DNA of 64,000 bases from an uncultured Bdellovibrionales bacterium. GTDB taxonomy: Bacteria; Bdellovibrionota_G; JALEGL01; JAGRMV01. The position numbers were made by a program, and so were the translations under genes. Position 1 is the first letter of the stretch. Every line of letters begins with the position of its first letter. The stretch lies in the NCBI GenBank assembly GCA_964497185.1, contig CAZCBX010000010.1, positions 33,176-97,175 of the forward strand, written 5' to 3'. Positions 1-9,788 of the stretch are shown here, piece after piece. The notes beneath the pieces were generated by a model, which worked only from the letters and a program-made list of their open reading frames with translations, did no database searches and was not told where the DNA came from.

Positions 1-510
1 GCGGGTGCTGAGTATTTTATCCACAATTTTATCCACAATGAATGCAAATGCAAGTGTCAACACCAAGACAATGAGCGCAATCAGAATGTAGGGAACATGA
101 TTTTTAAATTTATTAATTATCGATGAGAAAGCGTCAAAATCAGGTTTTAAATCATCGATGGTGGCCTTTTGAATGTTCATTTGATCCACCCAGGCAATGA
201 CACCTTCGGTTTTTTTTAGCACTTCTATCAACCAATCTTTGTGCTCAAAGTGGTCAATTTCTCCTTTTAAGACGACGACCCCTTGCCGAACATCAATCGA
301 AACATTTTCGTACCATGGCGCAATGGTCATAATATCCCGTAAGCGCTTTTCGATGTTGGTGTCTTCGATGGTTTGGGGGATGGTAATTTGCGCATTTTCA
401 CTGATTTCAATGGTGTCTACACCGGTTTCTTCTTGGGAAAAACCATTGGAGATTGCACCTGCGCTACACACAAGGGACATCAATAAGGCTATGCGTGAGA
501 ATAAATTCAT
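1..510 (-). CDS. BON-domain protein with signal peptide and a TM helix, possibly the N-terminus of a mechanosensitive channel. Partial: the C-terminus lies beyond the window start.
   Basis: Reverse-strand translation from ATG (508-510): MNLFSRIALLMSLVCSAGA (signal-like), a BON-like stretch RQGVVVLKGEIDHFEH, TM helix YILIALIVLVLTLAFAFIV, then DKIVDKILSTR resembling the MscS N-terminal motif seen in 3584..4441. The frame is open to position 1. Confidence 0.5.
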   Translation of the reverse strand, partial: MNLFSRIALLMSLVCSAGAISNGFSQEETGVDTIEISENAQITIPQTIEDTNIEKRLRDIMTIAPWYENVSIDVRQGVVVLKGEIDHFEHKDWLIEVLKKTEGVIAWVDQMNIQKATIDDLKPDFDAFSSIINKFKNHVPYILIALIVLVLTLAFAFIVDKIVDKILSTR

Positions 511-588
511 AATCAGTGTATAGTCATGGATTGGATATCTTGTCCAAAAAATCTTTCCATTTAACCGTGGTTTGCTAGATACAGTGGG

Positions 589-1596
589 GTGAACATAAGC
601 CATAAACAAAAAATTTTTGCACTATCGGCCATTGGTATGACTGGTCTCTGTGCAGCGGGTTTTACATTGTACTTCATGAGTGTACTTTTTATACCATTAA
701 CAACCGCTATTTTTTTATACATGCTCGTTTTGCCGGGCATACAAAAGCTTTCTTTGGATTATCATTTGCCTGATTGGCTGGCTAAAACGTGCATGATGCT
801 GGTCGCTCTGCTCACCCTTGTGTTGCTTGGATTTGTCTTGGGTATTTCCATCGTCAATTTTGCAGACAATTTTGAGATTTATCGGGACAAAGTTATTGGG
901 GCTGTCACAGATGTGATCAATCGCGTTCCAGGTATAGAGGCGCCGTGGGATGCAAATGGCAATGGCAAAGGATTGCCGCTTAAAGATATGGTGAAAGCGG
1001 CCAAAGACGTGTCAGCGGCTGTATTTGAACAGCTCGGCAATTTGGGTTTGGTTTTCTTATTCTTATTTTTTATGTTGTTTTCCATTCATACACACCCAAG
1101 AGAAGGAAAGTTTGATCGATTGTGCTTAAAGATTGGCCGCTTTATGTTGATTAAAATAGCCTTGTCATTTGTATCTGCTTTTTGGGCAGGCATTGTATTT
1201 TTGCTGGTGGATTTGGATTTGGCCCTTACCTTTGCATTGCTGGTGTTTATTCTTAATTTTATTCCAAATATTGGTTCGATGATCTCTTCTGTTCTACCTT
1301 TGCCCATTGCGTATGCACAGTTTGGACTGGGTCCTTCTTTTTGGGTGGTATTGTCAGTGCCAATTTTTTTAGAAATGATCATTGGCAACGTAATTGAGCC
1401 AAAATGGATGGGCGATCGTTTTGGCATTCACCCAATTTCACTTCTGTGCATGTTGATTGTCTGGGGCGTATTATGGGGTATCGCGGGTGCGTTTTTGGCT
1501 GTACCCATTACGGTTGCCTTCTTCGAGCTGTCCAAACAATATGACTGGCTAGAACCGATCAAAGACTTTTTTGAGGCAAAATGGTTGTCTGACTAA
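589..1596 (+). CDS. AI-2E family transporter (PerM/UPF0118)
   Basis: 335 aa polytopic membrane protein; the C-terminal signature IGNVIEPKWMGDRFGIHPISLL...AGAFLAVPIT is typical of PF01594. Confidence 0.75.
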   Translation: MNISHKQKIFALSAIGMTGLCAAGFTLYFMSVLFIPLTTAIFLYMLVLPGIQKLSLDYHLPDWLAKTCMMLVALLTLVLLGFVLGISIVNFADNFEIYRDKVIGAVTDVINRVPGIEAPWDANGNGKGLPLKDMVKAAKDVSAAVFEQLGNLGLVFLFLFFMLFSIHTHPREGKFDRLCLKIGRFMLIKIALSFVSAFWAGIVFLLVDLDLALTFALLVFILNFIPNIGSMISSVLPLPIAYAQFGLGPSFWVVLSVPIFLEMIIGNVIEPKWMGDRFGIHPISLLCMLIVWGVLWGIAGAFLAVPITVAFFELSKQYDWLEPIKDFFEAKWLSD

Positions 1597-1600
1597 AGCG

Positions 1601-1828
1601 CTATTTCAAAATGCGATGAATGATAAAGGGGGCTGCACGAAAGAGCATTTTGCGAGGGCCAGAGAAAACAAGGCTGACTGCGGCCAAGCCCCAAACCAAA
1701 GGGTTTTTAGCCAATGAGTCTTGCTCCGGGTTTCCAGTGTTGTTTTCAAGAAGGGGTTTTTGTCCCAAGTGCAAAAGATAGCTCTTGTGAATATCGGTGT
1801 TTACTGGAGGAGTTTTAAAGATTTCCAT
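1601..1828 (-). CDS. small membrane protein, third gene of an ElaB/YqjD-YqjE-like operon
   Basis: Internal ATG at 1826-1828 is preceded by a strong GGGAGGAA Shine-Dalgarno; one hydrophobic helix (PLVWGLAAVSLVF). It overlaps the upstream gene by ~28 nt. The longer 1601..1909 frame has no RBS. Confidence 0.35.
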   Translation of the reverse strand: MEIFKTPPVNTDIHKSYLLHLGQKPLLENNTGNPEQDSLAKNPLVWGLAAVSLVFSGPRKMLFRAAPFIIHRILK

Positions 1829-2082
1829 GTGATTCCTCCCGCTACGATGATTAAAATTGCGCCAAGCAAACACTGTGCGGCCGCTGCGCCCATTTGGGAT
1901 ACAAGCCACTGATACAAAGGCAAGCCAAGGAAGTAAAGTCCAATGCCTGCAATGATGAAGCTAATAAAAATTAAAAAAAGTGAGATCACCAGCAAAAATG
2001 CTTTTTGCTGCATTCGATCGGTTTCCGCTTCGAGCAAGTTTGCGCTGGAAACGATAATTTGAGTTAAGCGTTCAAAGATCAT
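1801..2082 (-). CDS. YqjE-like (DUF1469 / phage-holin-like) inner membrane protein
   Basis: 93 aa with two TM helices; follows the ElaB-like gene by 11 nt, matching the yqjD-yqjE-yqjK arrangement. Confidence 0.45.
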   Translation of the reverse strand: MIFERLTQIIVSSANLLEAETDRMQQKAFLLVISLFLIFISFIIAGIGLYFLGLPLYQWLVSQMGAAAAQCLLGAILIIVAGGITWKSLKLLQ

Positions 2083-2093
2083 GAAGCGCGTCT

Positions 2094-2372
2094 CTAATCT
2101 CTACGAATCAAAAGACCCGCCAACAGTCCGATGGCTGTGGCGCCCATAAGCATGCTCCATGGGTGCTCTTTGGTCTGTTTTTCGATGTCGTTGGTCCAAT
2201 CAGAAGCCTTGTCTTGAACAGTGTTCACATGGCCTTGAATTTGATCAATTTTTTTAAGGACTTCCGAACGAATTTCATCCGTGATTTCAACTGCTTGAGA
2301 TTTGCCTGATGAAATCGAAGATGAAAGAATGGATTCAATGTCTTTAACCAGTTTTTGTATTTCTTTGTTCAT
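2094..2372 (-). CDS. ElaB/YqjD family (DUF883) ribosome-associated tail-anchored membrane protein
   Basis: The C-terminus EHPWSMLMGATAIGLLAGLLIRRD parallels E. coli ElaB HEKPWQGIGVGAAVGLVLGLLLARR, with a coiled-coil N-terminus. Start chosen at MNKEIQ. Confidence 0.65.
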   Translation of the reverse strand: MNKEIQKLVKDIESILSSSISSGKSQAVEITDEIRSEVLKKIDQIQGHVNTVQDKASDWTNDIEKQTKEHPWSMLMGATAIGLLAGLLIRRD

Positions 2373-2479
2373 AAATATCTCTGTACGTTTTCTTTGAAAG
2401 AATTGCAAAATTTTCCACATTGTATCGGCAACCCGCCCGTGACAAACCTAACCAAAGGAGAGTAGTTGGGGATAAAGGC

Positions 2480-3541
2480 TTAATCGTTACCAAGCCACCC
2501 TTTTCGATAAAAATAATAAAGCATCACAGCACTGATCAAAACCATAATACCGATGACAATGGGGTAGCCATAGTAGGCTTGAAGTTCGGGTAAATTCCAG
2601 GGCGATATTTCAGAATTGAAATTCATGCCATAGATGCCAGCAATGAATGTGATGGGAATAAAAATGGTGGAGATGATGGTTAATAGGCGCATCACTTCAT
2701 TCATTTTGTGGCTAATCATAGACATATAAATATCAACCATGGAGTTGGTAAGCTCACGGTAATTTTCAACAAAATCAAGTAGCTGAACACTGTTGCCGTA
2801 ACAATCACGAAGGTAGACTTGGGTGGAAGCCGATATAAATGTGTCGGGTTCCCGCAGAAGGGCGTTTAACATTTCCCGTTGCGGCCAAACCGAGCGGCGT
2901 AGCGTGATGAGATCCCGACGAATGCGATACACTTTTTCGATGGAGCTTTCATGGGGTGTTTGAATGATTTCGGTTTCTAAATCTTCCAATGTGTTACCCA
3001 GTTCTTCAAACAATGGAAAATAGGAGTCAATCAACGCATCCATGATGGCATAAAACAAATAGTCGGCTTTGGATTTACGAATGCGTCCAATATTATTGAG
3101 AATACGCTTGCGCACCGTACCAAAGCAGTCTTGATCGTTCTCTTGAAAGCTAAGCACGAACCCTTTGCCCAAAAACAAGCTGATTTGTTCTTTAGCCAAG
3201 CCCGGTTCGAGGCTGAAACGTTGAAGCACGGCAAAGAGGGTGTCGTTGAACTGTTCGATGTTGGGCCTTTGCGATAAATTGGTTACATCTTCGAGCGCCA
3301 ACTTATGCAGGTTAAACATTTGCTTTAATGCCAAAATGGTCGCTTCGGAGCCAAGACCCACCACGTCCACCCACATCACACTCCATTGATTTTTAATGGT
3401 TTGAAGTTCACTGACCTCTACATCAAACTTTTCAACATAATCGGATGCATTGTAAGCGAGCACATTAATTTTGGGGAAGGGCCATGAGGGATCAATGTTG
3501 ATTTGTCCCGGAACTTGATTGTAGATTCTATCGTTTGGCAT
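2480..3541 (-). CDS. corA: magnesium/cobalt transporter CorA
   Basis: 353 aa; YGMNF (GMN motif) in the penultimate TM, two C-terminal TM helices, CorA-like N-terminal domain. Confidence 0.85.
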   Translation of the reverse strand: MPNDRIYNQVPGQINIDPSWPFPKINVLAYNASDYVEKFDVEVSELQTIKNQWSVMWVDVVGLGSEATILALKQMFNLHKLALEDVTNLSQRPNIEQFNDTLFAVLQRFSLEPGLAKEQISLFLGKGFVLSFQENDQDCFGTVRKRILNNIGRIRKSKADYLFYAIMDALIDSYFPLFEELGNTLEDLETEIIQTPHESSIEKVYRIRRDLITLRRSVWPQREMLNALLREPDTFISASTQVYLRDCYGNSVQLLDFVENYRELTNSMVDIYMSMISHKMNEVMRLLTIISTIFIPITFIAGIYGMNFNSEISPWNLPELQAYYGYPIVIGIMVLISAVMLYYFYRKGWLGND

Positions 3542-3583
3542 ACCACTCTACCATAGCGATAAATCTGATATTTACCACTGAAT

Positions 3584-4441
3584 TTATGCGTTGGCGTTGA
3601 ACATATGGACATCTCGTTGAGGGAAAGGAATGCGAATGCCTTGCTGAAGAAAAGCCTCGTTGATCTGGCACCGAAGTTGGCTATCAATAATGCGGCCGCC
3701 CTTGATGGTGTTCATGTTTACCCAGTAGAGCAGCTCAAAATCCAAAGAGGAATCCCCAAACCCAGTCATTAGTGCAAAAGGTTCGATATCCGATAGAACA
3801 TCTGGATGGGCCTTGGCCGTTTGTTCTAGAATTTGTAATACATGCTTTGGATCAGACCCATAGGCTACACCCACCTGTATGCTTCTACGAATTTGCGGAT
3901 CTCGAAGCGTCCAGTTTACAACTTGATTTTCCAAGAACATGCTATTGGGCACAATGACATCGATGTTGTCTGGCGTGATGACCACCGTGCTTCTGGCTCC
4001 AATGCGAAAAACAGTACCGATCAGATTGTTGACTTCAATGATGTCACCGGGAGAAATCGGTTTTTCCACCATCAAGATGATGCCGCTGATAAAATTTTTG
4101 ATGATGTTTTGGCTGCCAAAACCAACCCCAATGGCCACAGCTCCTCCAATGAAGGTAAATGTTGTCAGAGGTATATTTGAAAGGCTCAAGGCAAAAAAAG
4201 TAAAAATGAGCAACAAGGTGTAATAACTAAATGCGCTGAGGGTGGCTTCGGAAGATGGAGATAGGCGCCCACGACGTTGAATAGAGCGTGTGAGCACTTT
4301 GCTTAGCATTTTTGATGCGATCACACCCATTATGATAAGCAGTATGGCCACTACCACATTGCTTAATAAAATGTCCTGATCTCCTACGGCAAAAACTTTT
4401 TTATGCCAAGAATTTCGCAACCAATGCACCAAATGATCCAT
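3584..4441 (-). CDS. small-conductance mechanosensitive channel (MscS family)
   Basis: 285 aa with three N-terminal TM helices followed by a beta-domain (GDIIEVNNLIGTVFRIGARSTVVITPDNIDVIVPNSMF), typical of PF00924. Confidence 0.8.
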   Translation of the reverse strand: MDHLVHWLRNSWHKKVFAVGDQDILLSNVVVAILLIIMGVIASKMLSKVLTRSIQRRGRLSPSSEATLSAFSYYTLLLIFTFFALSLSNIPLTTFTFIGGAVAIGVGFGSQNIIKNFISGIILMVEKPISPGDIIEVNNLIGTVFRIGARSTVVITPDNIDVIVPNSMFLENQVVNWTLRDPQIRRSIQVGVAYGSDPKHVLQILEQTAKAHPDVLSDIEPFALMTGFGDSSLDFELLYWVNMNTIKGGRIIDSQLRCQINEAFLQQGIRIPFPQRDVHMFNANA

Positions 4442-4547
4442 ACGTAAGATTTATATCTCAATTTTGTTAAAAATCATACAACCTCAGCGTTTGTATTTAA
4501 TAAAATAGGGGCTTGGCAGTTAGAGGAACTTCAACTAAAAGAAAGAA

Positions 4548-6308
4548 GTGAATAAAAAACACAAACTCAACGAATTGGCTTCCACCGCCATTTGTGGCAA
4601 CGATATTACATCTTCCGTACTGTATGTGTCGGCGCTCGCCATTGCTTTTGCTGGGCAATATGCGTGGATTACTTTGTTGATCGTGGCGGGGGTGCTTTTT
4701 TTATTTCGAAAAATTTACGCCGAAGTCGTGGGAGCCATCCCACTCAATGGAGGCGCTTATAACGCGCTATTAAACACAACAAGCAAGTTTATGGCTTCAT
4801 TTGCGGCCACCTTGACCATTTTGTCCTACATGGCCACGGCTGTTATTTCCGGCAACGAAGCCATGCACTATTTGCATCACTTGGTTCCATCTTTGCCGAT
4901 TATTGCAGCAACAGTGGGCTTGTTATCTTTATTTGCCATTTTGGCCCTGAGCGGGATTGGTGAGTCTGCCAAAGTGGCCATTGGAATTTTTATTTTTCAT
5001 TTGGGGTCTTTGTTGGTGTTGAGCGGGTCCATTGTTTTGTATCTGTTTCGCAATGGTTTTGGACAACTCATTGAGAATCACCAGATGCCAGTAGCCAGTG
5101 GCAGCATCACCACGGCAATCTTTTTGGGTTTTGCGGCTTCTATGTTGGGCGTATCCGGCTTTGAAAGTTCAGCCAATTTTGTGGAAGAACAAAAACGCGG
5201 TGTATTTCCAAAAACACTTCGGAACATGTGGATCATCGTATCCATCATTAATCCACTGATGGCGATTTTTGCGTTGTCTCTTTTTGCGGTTCCCACTTTG
5301 CAATCGGGTGCCTATCAAAATACGCTGCTGGTCCAAATGGGTAAACTGGCCGGCGGCTCATGGATTGCTGCGTTGGTATCGATTGATGCCGTTTTGGTAC
5401 TTAGTGGTGCGGTGTTAACCAGTTATGTGGGCGTGACGGGTTTGCTTGAACGCATGACCCTGGACCGAATTCTACCCAATTATTTTTTAGAAAAAAACCG
5501 GCGCGGCAGTTCTTATCGCATTATTCTCATGTTTTTGGCCATGTGTATTTCTGTTTTGCTTATCACCGGGGGTGACGTTCGACTTTTGGCAGGCGTATAT
5601 ACACTTTCTTTTCTTTCGGTGATGGCGCTGTTTGGCATCGGAAATATCTTATTAAAAATCAAACGTGGCGCGCTTCCTAGACCTGTAAAAGCCAGCTGGT
5701 TATCGGTGTTTTTAGCCATCGCAGCGGTAAGCGTTGCCCTATTGGGTAACATCGTGATGGAGAGAGAGGGATCCACGCAAAGCAATGTTCAAGTATTTTT
5801 AAATTACTTTATTCCTTTTATGGCTTTTATCATCATTATGCTTAATCGCACGCTGCTGCTTCACCTCGTTTTAAATGCAGTGGAGGCTATTTTTCAACCC
5901 ATGTTGCAAAGTGTGGAAAAAGTAAACCGGTCACTGACCGCTACGATCAATGAGATTAACAATCAAGAATTTGTGTTTTTTACCCGTGGAGAAAACATTG
6001 CCACGCTCAACAAAGTCATGCTCTACATTAGCAACAACGAACATACCAAACAAATCAAAATCGTAACTGTTTTAAGGGAGAACGAAGCACTGCCCAAAAT
6101 GATGGATCAAGAAATTGATTTTTTGGATAGAGAATACCCTGAAATTAGCATTGAGTTTGTGGTGCGTAGAGGGGAATTTACCCCTGAATTGATTCGTGAA
6201 CTTTCCAACGAGTGGGATATTCCCATTAACTTTATGTTTATTGGTTCGCCCAGCGATAAATTTCCTTATCGCGTAGAAGAGCTTGGCGGCGTTCGCCTTA
6301 TTATTTGA
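4548..6308 (+). CDS. APC-family amino acid permease with a ~120 aa C-terminal cytoplasmic domain
   Basis: 12-TM APC-like core (GNDITSSVLYV..., GAIPLNGGAYNALL) followed by a soluble C-terminal domain. Confidence 0.65.
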   Translation: MNKKHKLNELASTAICGNDITSSVLYVSALAIAFAGQYAWITLLIVAGVLFLFRKIYAEVVGAIPLNGGAYNALLNTTSKFMASFAATLTILSYMATAVISGNEAMHYLHHLVPSLPIIAATVGLLSLFAILALSGIGESAKVAIGIFIFHLGSLLVLSGSIVLYLFRNGFGQLIENHQMPVASGSITTAIFLGFAASMLGVSGFESSANFVEEQKRGVFPKTLRNMWIIVSIINPLMAIFALSLFAVPTLQSGAYQNTLLVQMGKLAGGSWIAALVSIDAVLVLSGAVLTSYVGVTGLLERMTLDRILPNYFLEKNRRGSSYRIILMFLAMCISVLLITGGDVRLLAGVYTLSFLSVMALFGIGNILLKIKRGALPRPVKASWLSVFLAIAAVSVALLGNIVMEREGSTQSNVQVFLNYFIPFMAFIIIMLNRTLLLHLVLNAVEAIFQPMLQSVEKVNRSLTATINEINNQEFVFFTRGENIATLNKVMLYISNNEHTKQIKIVTVLRENEALPKMMDQEIDFLDREYPEISIEFVVRRGEFTPELIRELSNEWDIPINFMFIGSPSDKFPYRVEELGGVRLII

Positions 6309-6316
6309 TCGAGATG

Positions 6317-7753
6317 TTAAGTCCCACAAAAGGTTCGTAAAACGACCTGGTCCGGGTTTGGAGGCTGCAACCATTCCGGATTTTTACCTTCGATGCAATA
6401 GGGTGTTTGCCACGCCTTGTGAAGCTGATGACATAAATCGTCTTGGCCTTGATAGGCCTGCTCAATGGCTTGCTCAATGAGGTGATTGCGTGCAATGCAA
6501 ACCGGATTAACCTTACGCATGGTGCTTTGAGCTTGCTGGATGTTCAAGGTGTGGCGGCTCAAGCTTTGCTCCCAACGTTGATAAAAATCGGCGGCGGCGG
6601 CGGAATGACGCAAGGGCGGTTGGCCAGGCAAATGATCGTGAAGCATTAAAAACGTTTGTGTGAAATCCAGTTGTTCTTCATGAAACCATTGTAAACATGC
6701 CTGAATCAGTTGCATGTCCTGGTCATCCGCCTTTAAAATGCCCAGCTTGCGCCCAAAACGATGCAGCCATTGCTGCTCGAAATATGCCTGAGCCTCCTGA
6801 ATCACTTCACCCAAGCGTTCAAAGGCATGTTGCTCTTGGTCATCCACCAGTGGTGCCAAAGATTGCGCGAGGACTGATAAGTTCCAAAGCAAAATAGAGG
6901 GCTGCTGATTGTAAGCATAACGACCTTGCTGATCAATGAAGCTAAAAGTTTTGTCTGCCTGAAAATGATCCATGAACGCACAAGGCCCGTAATCAATGGT
7001 TTCTCCGCTGATGGCCATGTTGTCGGTGTTCATCACGCCATGGATAAATCCTACGCTCATCCATTGAGCGACCAAGCGGGTCAGCGCGAAACTTACAGCT
7101 TTGAAAAAGGCCAGTGGTTGATTTTCACTGTCGCGCGCTTCTGGATAATGCACATCGATGCAGTCATCCATCAGTCGTTTCATTGCTTTATGGTCTTGCC
7201 GGGCATGAAGATACTCAAACGTGCCAATGCGTATATGACTGGTGGCCACCCGTGCCAGTATGCCCCCTGGCTCCAATGTTTGTCGCTGCACTTGTTGTTT
7301 AGTTCTGACAACACTCAAAGAACGGGTTGTAGGAATGCCCAGTCCATGCATGGCTTCACTAACCAGATATTCACGAATGGCAGGTCCCAAAGCACTGCGC
7401 CCATCGCCCCGGCGGGAAAAAGGGGTTTGACCGATGCCTTTGAGTTGTAAATCCAAGCGTTGCCCCGCGTTTGTTTGAAGCTCGCCCAACATAAGAGCTC
7501 GGCCGTCGCCCAAAATAGGCACAAAATGACCAAATTGATGCCCAGCATAAGCCAGCGCGATTGGATCGGCACCGGATGGAAGTGGCTGAGCGGCCGCAAA
7601 AGAAAGTTTTTCAGCGGTGGAAAGATGGCGCAAGCCAATTTGTTGGGCAAGTGGCTCGTTCCACATCAAGATGGATGCGTCAGGAAAAAGCGCGGGCTGA
7701 CTTTTTCGAAATAAATGTTCAGAGACGTTCTGAATGCGATGCGATTGAATCAC
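6317..7753 (-). CDS. selO: protein adenylyltransferase SelO (YdiU/UPF0061)
   Basis: 478 aa; conserved HQFGHFVPILGDGRA and GVMNTDNMAISGETIDYGPCAFMD motifs. Confidence 0.85.
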   Translation of the reverse strand: MIQSHRIQNVSEHLFRKSQPALFPDASILMWNEPLAQQIGLRHLSTAEKLSFAAAQPLPSGADPIALAYAGHQFGHFVPILGDGRALMLGELQTNAGQRLDLQLKGIGQTPFSRRGDGRSALGPAIREYLVSEAMHGLGIPTTRSLSVVRTKQQVQRQTLEPGGILARVATSHIRIGTFEYLHARQDHKAMKRLMDDCIDVHYPEARDSENQPLAFFKAVSFALTRLVAQWMSVGFIHGVMNTDNMAISGETIDYGPCAFMDHFQADKTFSFIDQQGRYAYNQQPSILLWNLSVLAQSLAPLVDDQEQHAFERLGEVIQEAQAYFEQQWLHRFGRKLGILKADDQDMQLIQACLQWFHEEQLDFTQTFLMLHDHLPGQPPLRHSAAAADFYQRWEQSLSRHTLNIQQAQSTMRKVNPVCIARNHLIEQAIEQAYQGQDDLCHQLHKAWQTPYCIEGKNPEWLQPPNPDQVVLRTFCGT

Positions 7754-7799
7754 GAACCCAAAATCCGAGCTTCATAACGATGGTGGATGTATAACATGT

Positions 7800-8150
7800 T
7801 TATGGGTTGATCCAGTGGAGTAATGAAGCTGCTACAAATAAACTAAGCCAAAACAGGCAAAAGGAAGGGATGTATTTATGGATGGGGTTTTTGGCACGAA
7901 AGTGGGTTATTTGAGCGGCCAACATCAGCGCAGCCATCAACAATGCTGGGTAGGCGGCCAATTTGGGATACCAAATGCCCGCCGCAATGAGGGTTGCAAG
8001 AGACATTTTGACCATGCCAATGAAGTTCCTAAAAAAGTCTGAAAAACCATACTGGTGAAATTCAGCGACGATGTTGTGGTAGCGCACAATCCAAACAAAA
8101 AAGATGGACAAAGCGATCATGGCTTGGGCTATCCATATATATTGATTCAT
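7800..8150 (-). CDS. DoxX-like family membrane protein
   Basis: 116 aa with four TM helices; DoxX-like hydropathy pattern. Confidence 0.4.
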   Translation of the reverse strand: MNQYIWIAQAMIALSIFFVWIVRYHNIVAEFHQYGFSDFFRNFIGMVKMSLATLIAAGIWYPKLAAYPALLMAALMLAAQITHFRAKNPIHKYIPSFCLFWLSLFVAASLLHWINP

Positions 8151-8331
8151 AGTGGCGTACTCTTTTCTGTTGGTGAGGCAATGTAAGTTCTTCCTTCATA
8201 AAACAGAGCATGCTGTGCTGCAAGAGATTTATTGGATTGTAAATGGGGGTGTGATAAGCACAGCCCCAACAAAGATGGTTGATCCACTCATCATACCATC
8301 CGTTGTTTAGGATATTTGTGTTAATCTTAAA

Positions 8332-9759
8332 ATGATTCGAATTGAAACCATGCATATTGTTTTTTTATTGATCACAGGAATTTTGAGTCTATTGGTAGGC
8401 CCTCATGCATATGCCTCCACCAGTTCATTGGAACCTGTTTTGGATTTAACCCATCATTGGGCTGGCATTACAGCGTTGGTTTTGTTTGTGCTGTCCTATA
8501 TTTTCGTGATTCTGGAGGAAAAGCTGCACTTAAGAAAATGCAAGCCAGTGCTGCTGGCTGCGGGTTTAATTTGGCTTTGTATTTCAGTGGCCTATAGACA
8601 TCACGACACCCTTGCCATTGGGGAGGCCATTCGACATTACTTGCTTGAGTTTGCGGAGCTTTTTTTCTTTCTTTTGGTGGCGATGACTTACATCAACGCC
8701 ATGATTTATAAAGGCGTATTCATTGAAATGAAAAAAAGACTTGTTCGCAAACGGTTGAGCTATCGCCAGTTGTTTTGGTTTACAGGGATACTGGCTTTTT
8801 TACTGTCGCCCATTGCAGATAACTTAACCACGGCCCTGATTTTTTGTGCGGTGGTCATGGCTTTGGGCAAAGACCAACCCAAGTTCATTGGTTTGGCATG
8901 CATCAACATTGTGGTGGCATCCAATGCCGGAGGCGCGTTTAGCCCCTTTGGGGACATTACCACATTGATGGTGTGGCAACGCGGGGTGGTCAATTTTTGG
9001 GAATTTTTCCATCTGTTTCTACCCTCGGTGGTTAATTTTGCAGTGCCCGCTGCGGTGATGCAATTTTTTGTTCCCCGTGGCATGCCATCGGACATTGAAA
9101 AGCAGAGCAGCGGCATGCGAAAAGGTGGGGGCGCAATTGTATTTCTATTTTTGTTTACCGTGGCCAGCACAGTGGCGCTGCACACCTTTTTTCATATCCC
9201 ACCGGTGTTTGGCATGATGATGGGCTTGTCTTATCTCAAGATTTACGATTACTTCTTGCAACAGCGCAATCGACGCTGGACAAGGTTTATGCGCAAAGTG
9301 TTGCAAACGCCCGATGACCCTCATAAATTCAGCGTCTTTGACAGCGTGGCCCAAGCAGAGTGGGATACGCTTTTCTTTTTCTACGGTGTGATTATGGCCG
9401 TCGGTGGTCTTGGGTTTATTGGCTACCTCGAATGGACCTCAGTATTTATGTATCAGCAACTGGGCCCCACCACCGCCAACATCTTGGTGGGCTTTTTGTC
9501 GGCCCTCATAGATAACATACCGGTCATGTTTGCTGTGCTGGCCATGCGGCCCGAAATGTCCCACGAACAATGGCTGCTGGTCACTTTAACCGCCGGTGTT
9601 GGGGGCAGCATGCTCTCAGTCGGCTCGGCCGCTGGCGTGGCTCTAATGGGCCAAGCCAGAGGACACTATACATTCATGAAACACCTACGCTGGACCCCCA
9701 TCATCGCATTGGGCTTTGGCGCCAGCATCTGCACCCATATTTGGATCAATGGGCTTTAG
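8332..9759 (+). CDS. NhaD-type Na+/H+ antiporter (ArsB/NhaD permease superfamily)
   Basis: 475 aa polytopic protein with signal-like N-terminus, repeated GG/AG helix-breaking motifs, and size and pattern consistent with NhaD. Confidence 0.5.
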   Translation: MIRIETMHIVFLLITGILSLLVGPHAYASTSSLEPVLDLTHHWAGITALVLFVLSYIFVILEEKLHLRKCKPVLLAAGLIWLCISVAYRHHDTLAIGEAIRHYLLEFAELFFFLLVAMTYINAMIYKGVFIEMKKRLVRKRLSYRQLFWFTGILAFLLSPIADNLTTALIFCAVVMALGKDQPKFIGLACINIVVASNAGGAFSPFGDITTLMVWQRGVVNFWEFFHLFLPSVVNFAVPAAVMQFFVPRGMPSDIEKQSSGMRKGGGAIVFLFLFTVASTVALHTFFHIPPVFGMMMGLSYLKIYDYFLQQRNRRWTRFMRKVLQTPDDPHKFSVFDSVAQAEWDTLFFFYGVIMAVGGLGFIGYLEWTSVFMYQQLGPTTANILVGFLSALIDNIPVMFAVLAMRPEMSHEQWLLVTLTAGVGGSMLSVGSAAGVALMGQARGHYTFMKHLRWTPIIALGFGASICTHIWINGL

Positions 9760-9788
9760 AAACCTCTGCAAAGGGTGGCAAGCCGTGG

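Noticed and set aside
197-523. 108-aa plus-strand ORF
   Set aside because: It lies entirely antisense to the better-supported BON-domain gene (signal peptide, BON motif, TM helix, start at 510) and has no RBS or recognisable domain.
879-1427. Minus-strand ORFs of 68 and 113 aa
   Set aside because: They sit inside the AI-2E transporter gene on the opposite strand and are low-complexity translations of the antisense of a hydrophobic gene.
6926-7450. 174-aa plus-strand ORF
   Set aside because: It is antisense within selO. The SelO frame carries the conserved motifs and this frame carries none.
8760-9185. 141-aa minus-strand ORF
   Set aside because: It is antisense inside the NhaD-like transporter gene.
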